Shown here: one piece after another, positions 62,756 through 64,000 of the stretch
Layout of the letters: each line of letters opens with the position of its first letter
How positions within the stretch are numbered: position 1 is the stretch's first letter
NCBI GenBank assembly: GCA_937625935.1
Contig: OW569346.1
Location: forward strand, 558,001-622,000
Length of the DNA: 64,000 nt
DNA from: Tetramitus jugosus
Taxonomy: Eukaryota > Protista > Heterolobosea
Reading direction: 5' to 3'
Notes under the pieces: model-generated
What the model was told of the DNA's origin: nothing
Seen by the model: only the letters and a program-made list of their open reading frames with translations
The model's database searches: none
Program-made: the position numbers and the translations under genes

Positions 62756-64000
62756 TTATCCAGCTTCCATGAGCTCTTCTTCTGTGATCTCAGATGCATA
62801 TCCCAGTGCGATCTGTATTCTGAACCAGACATCCACCCAAAAGTACAATACTTGATAACGGAACAAATTCCATTCAAAGGAAACCTTTTCTTTCCATGAG
62901 AGAACAGATAGGAACATTGATTTGACATTTTGTGATAGTGTTCTCTTGACTCCCTCTCGTTGTGTTGCATCGTCCGAATGTATTCCCTGTGCTGCCTTTC
63001 GAGCAAATATTGCAAAACGATTCACCGGAACTCCGAGCTCGTGATTAATACTTCTCAACAAGTTATTGCTTCTGAGGATCATGAGCATATCTTTTGGTAA
63101 TCGTCTCAATACATCCAACATTTGATCCATTTCATTCTTCATTCGCAGTGAGAATGCCTCCTTTTCAGACGCCTTGACACCATTGCTCATTCCAACGACT
63201 GCACCATCATAAGCCCTCATGAGAATCAATACAGAGAACAATTTCCAATCGACAATACCCAACTCACCACAATATCTCTGAATATTCGGTTCATCTCTGA
63301 GAACGAGTGCCTTGTACAACCGACTGTAGTTCTCTCTGAACTTTTCGTCCAGTTCCTTGTACAAACCATGATCCAAAATCACCAACTGCTCCTTGCCTCT
63401 TTCATCTTTTCGAATGAACAAGTTTCCGGCGTGTGGATCAGAGTGGAGATAGCCGTGAAGATAGATTTGATCAGACATGGCATCAAACAGCAAGTGTGCA
63501 GTCTTCTTGACCGAAATACCAGCAGCTTGCATTGCCTTGACATTGTTAATCTTGATGCCATGGATAAACTCCATGGTCAACACGCGATCTGAGCTCAACT
63601 CTGGTATAACCTCTGGTATGTGAACATCTTTTCGATGCCTGAAATGATAGGCTGCACGCCTACTGTTCTCAGCCTCCTGTTTAAAGTCCAATTCTGTTCT
63701 CAGATACTTGGCCATCTCTTCCTGAAGAAAGTCAAATTTGTGACCAGGGAAGAACTTGACCAATCCCCAGACAATGATTGCATGTGTCATCATATCAATC
63801 TCAAAGTACTCTCTTGTTTTTGGGTATTGGATCTTGACGGCCACCTCTCTTCCATTCTTGAGTCTTGCTCTGTGCACTTGAGCAATCGAAGCAGCAGCGA
63901 TTGGTACTTTTTCAAACTCTTGAAACAAGTAAGAGTCAGCATCATCATCATCATTATCATCTTCATGACGCTTCACTGGGTATTTACCAAACTCCTCCCA
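62756..64000 (-). CDS. ABC1/ADCK (UbiB-family) atypical kinase, 5'-partial
   Basis: PIAAASIAQVHRA, VAVKIQYP, ELDFKQEA, HSDPHAGN, LDHGL; the frame is open to the window end. Confidence 0.93.
   Translation of the reverse strand, partial: WEEFGKYPVKRHEDDNDDDDADSYLFQEFEKVPIAAASIAQVHRARLKNGREVAVKIQYPKTREYFEIDMMTHAIIVWGLVKFFPGHKFDFLQEEMAKYLRTELDFKQEAENSRRAAYHFRHRKDVHIPEVIPELSSDRVLTMEFIHGIKINNVKAMQAAGISVKKTAHLLFDAMSDQIYLHGYLHSDPHAGNLFIRKDERGKEQLVILDHGLYKELDEKFRENYSRLYKALVLRDEPNIQRYCGELGIVDWKLFSVLILMRAYDGAVVGMSNGVKASEKEAFSLRMKNEMDQMLDVLRRLPKDMLMILRSNNLLRSINHELGVPVNRFAIFARKAAQGIHSDDATQREGVKRTLSQNVKSMFLSVLSWKEKVSFEWNLFRYQVLYFWVDVWFRIQIALGYASEITEEELMEAG

Noticed and set aside
1-64000. Alternative genetic code, U12-type introns, selenoproteins, transposons, CRISPR arrays
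   Set aside because: All conserved genes are fully explained by the standard code and GT-AG introns; none of these signatures was seen.

Overview
Gene-dense eukaryotic nuclear DNA from a compact protist genome. It uses the standard code, and I resolved 16 short GT-AG introns of 57-214 nt, 10 with a GTATGT donor. Intergenic gaps are often under 200 bp. A CFAP45 gene implies a flagellate stage; a Discoba/Heterolobosea-like origin is my impression only. The window holds about 29 protein genes and two tRNAs (Lys-TTT, Gly-TCC). Recognisable genes: partial RsuA-type pseudouridine synthase, ERO1, STT3, fatty-acid oxidation multifunctional enzyme, PA200/Blm10, class I/II aminotransferase, COX6B, CFAP45, NEMF/Rqc2, NELF-B, HID1, TRAPPC14-like, proteasome alpha-5, CBS-pair protein, STN1 and a partial ABC1/ADCK kinase. 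Most notable: (i) a tRNA-adjacent leucine-zipper locus split over three successive +1 frames, with a perfect palindrome at one junction; (ii) a tail-anchored CS+SEL1 protein with the layout of ATOM69/Tom36 import receptors; (iii) a tail-anchored beta-oxidation enzyme with an apparently dead dehydrogenase domain; (iv) NELF-B fused to an RGG/Ser-Pro tail; (v) a candidate TATA-driven structured ncRNA or small ORF near 62.5 kb. No transposase, CRISPR array or rRNA was seen. All homology calls are by-eye motif recognition, not database searches.
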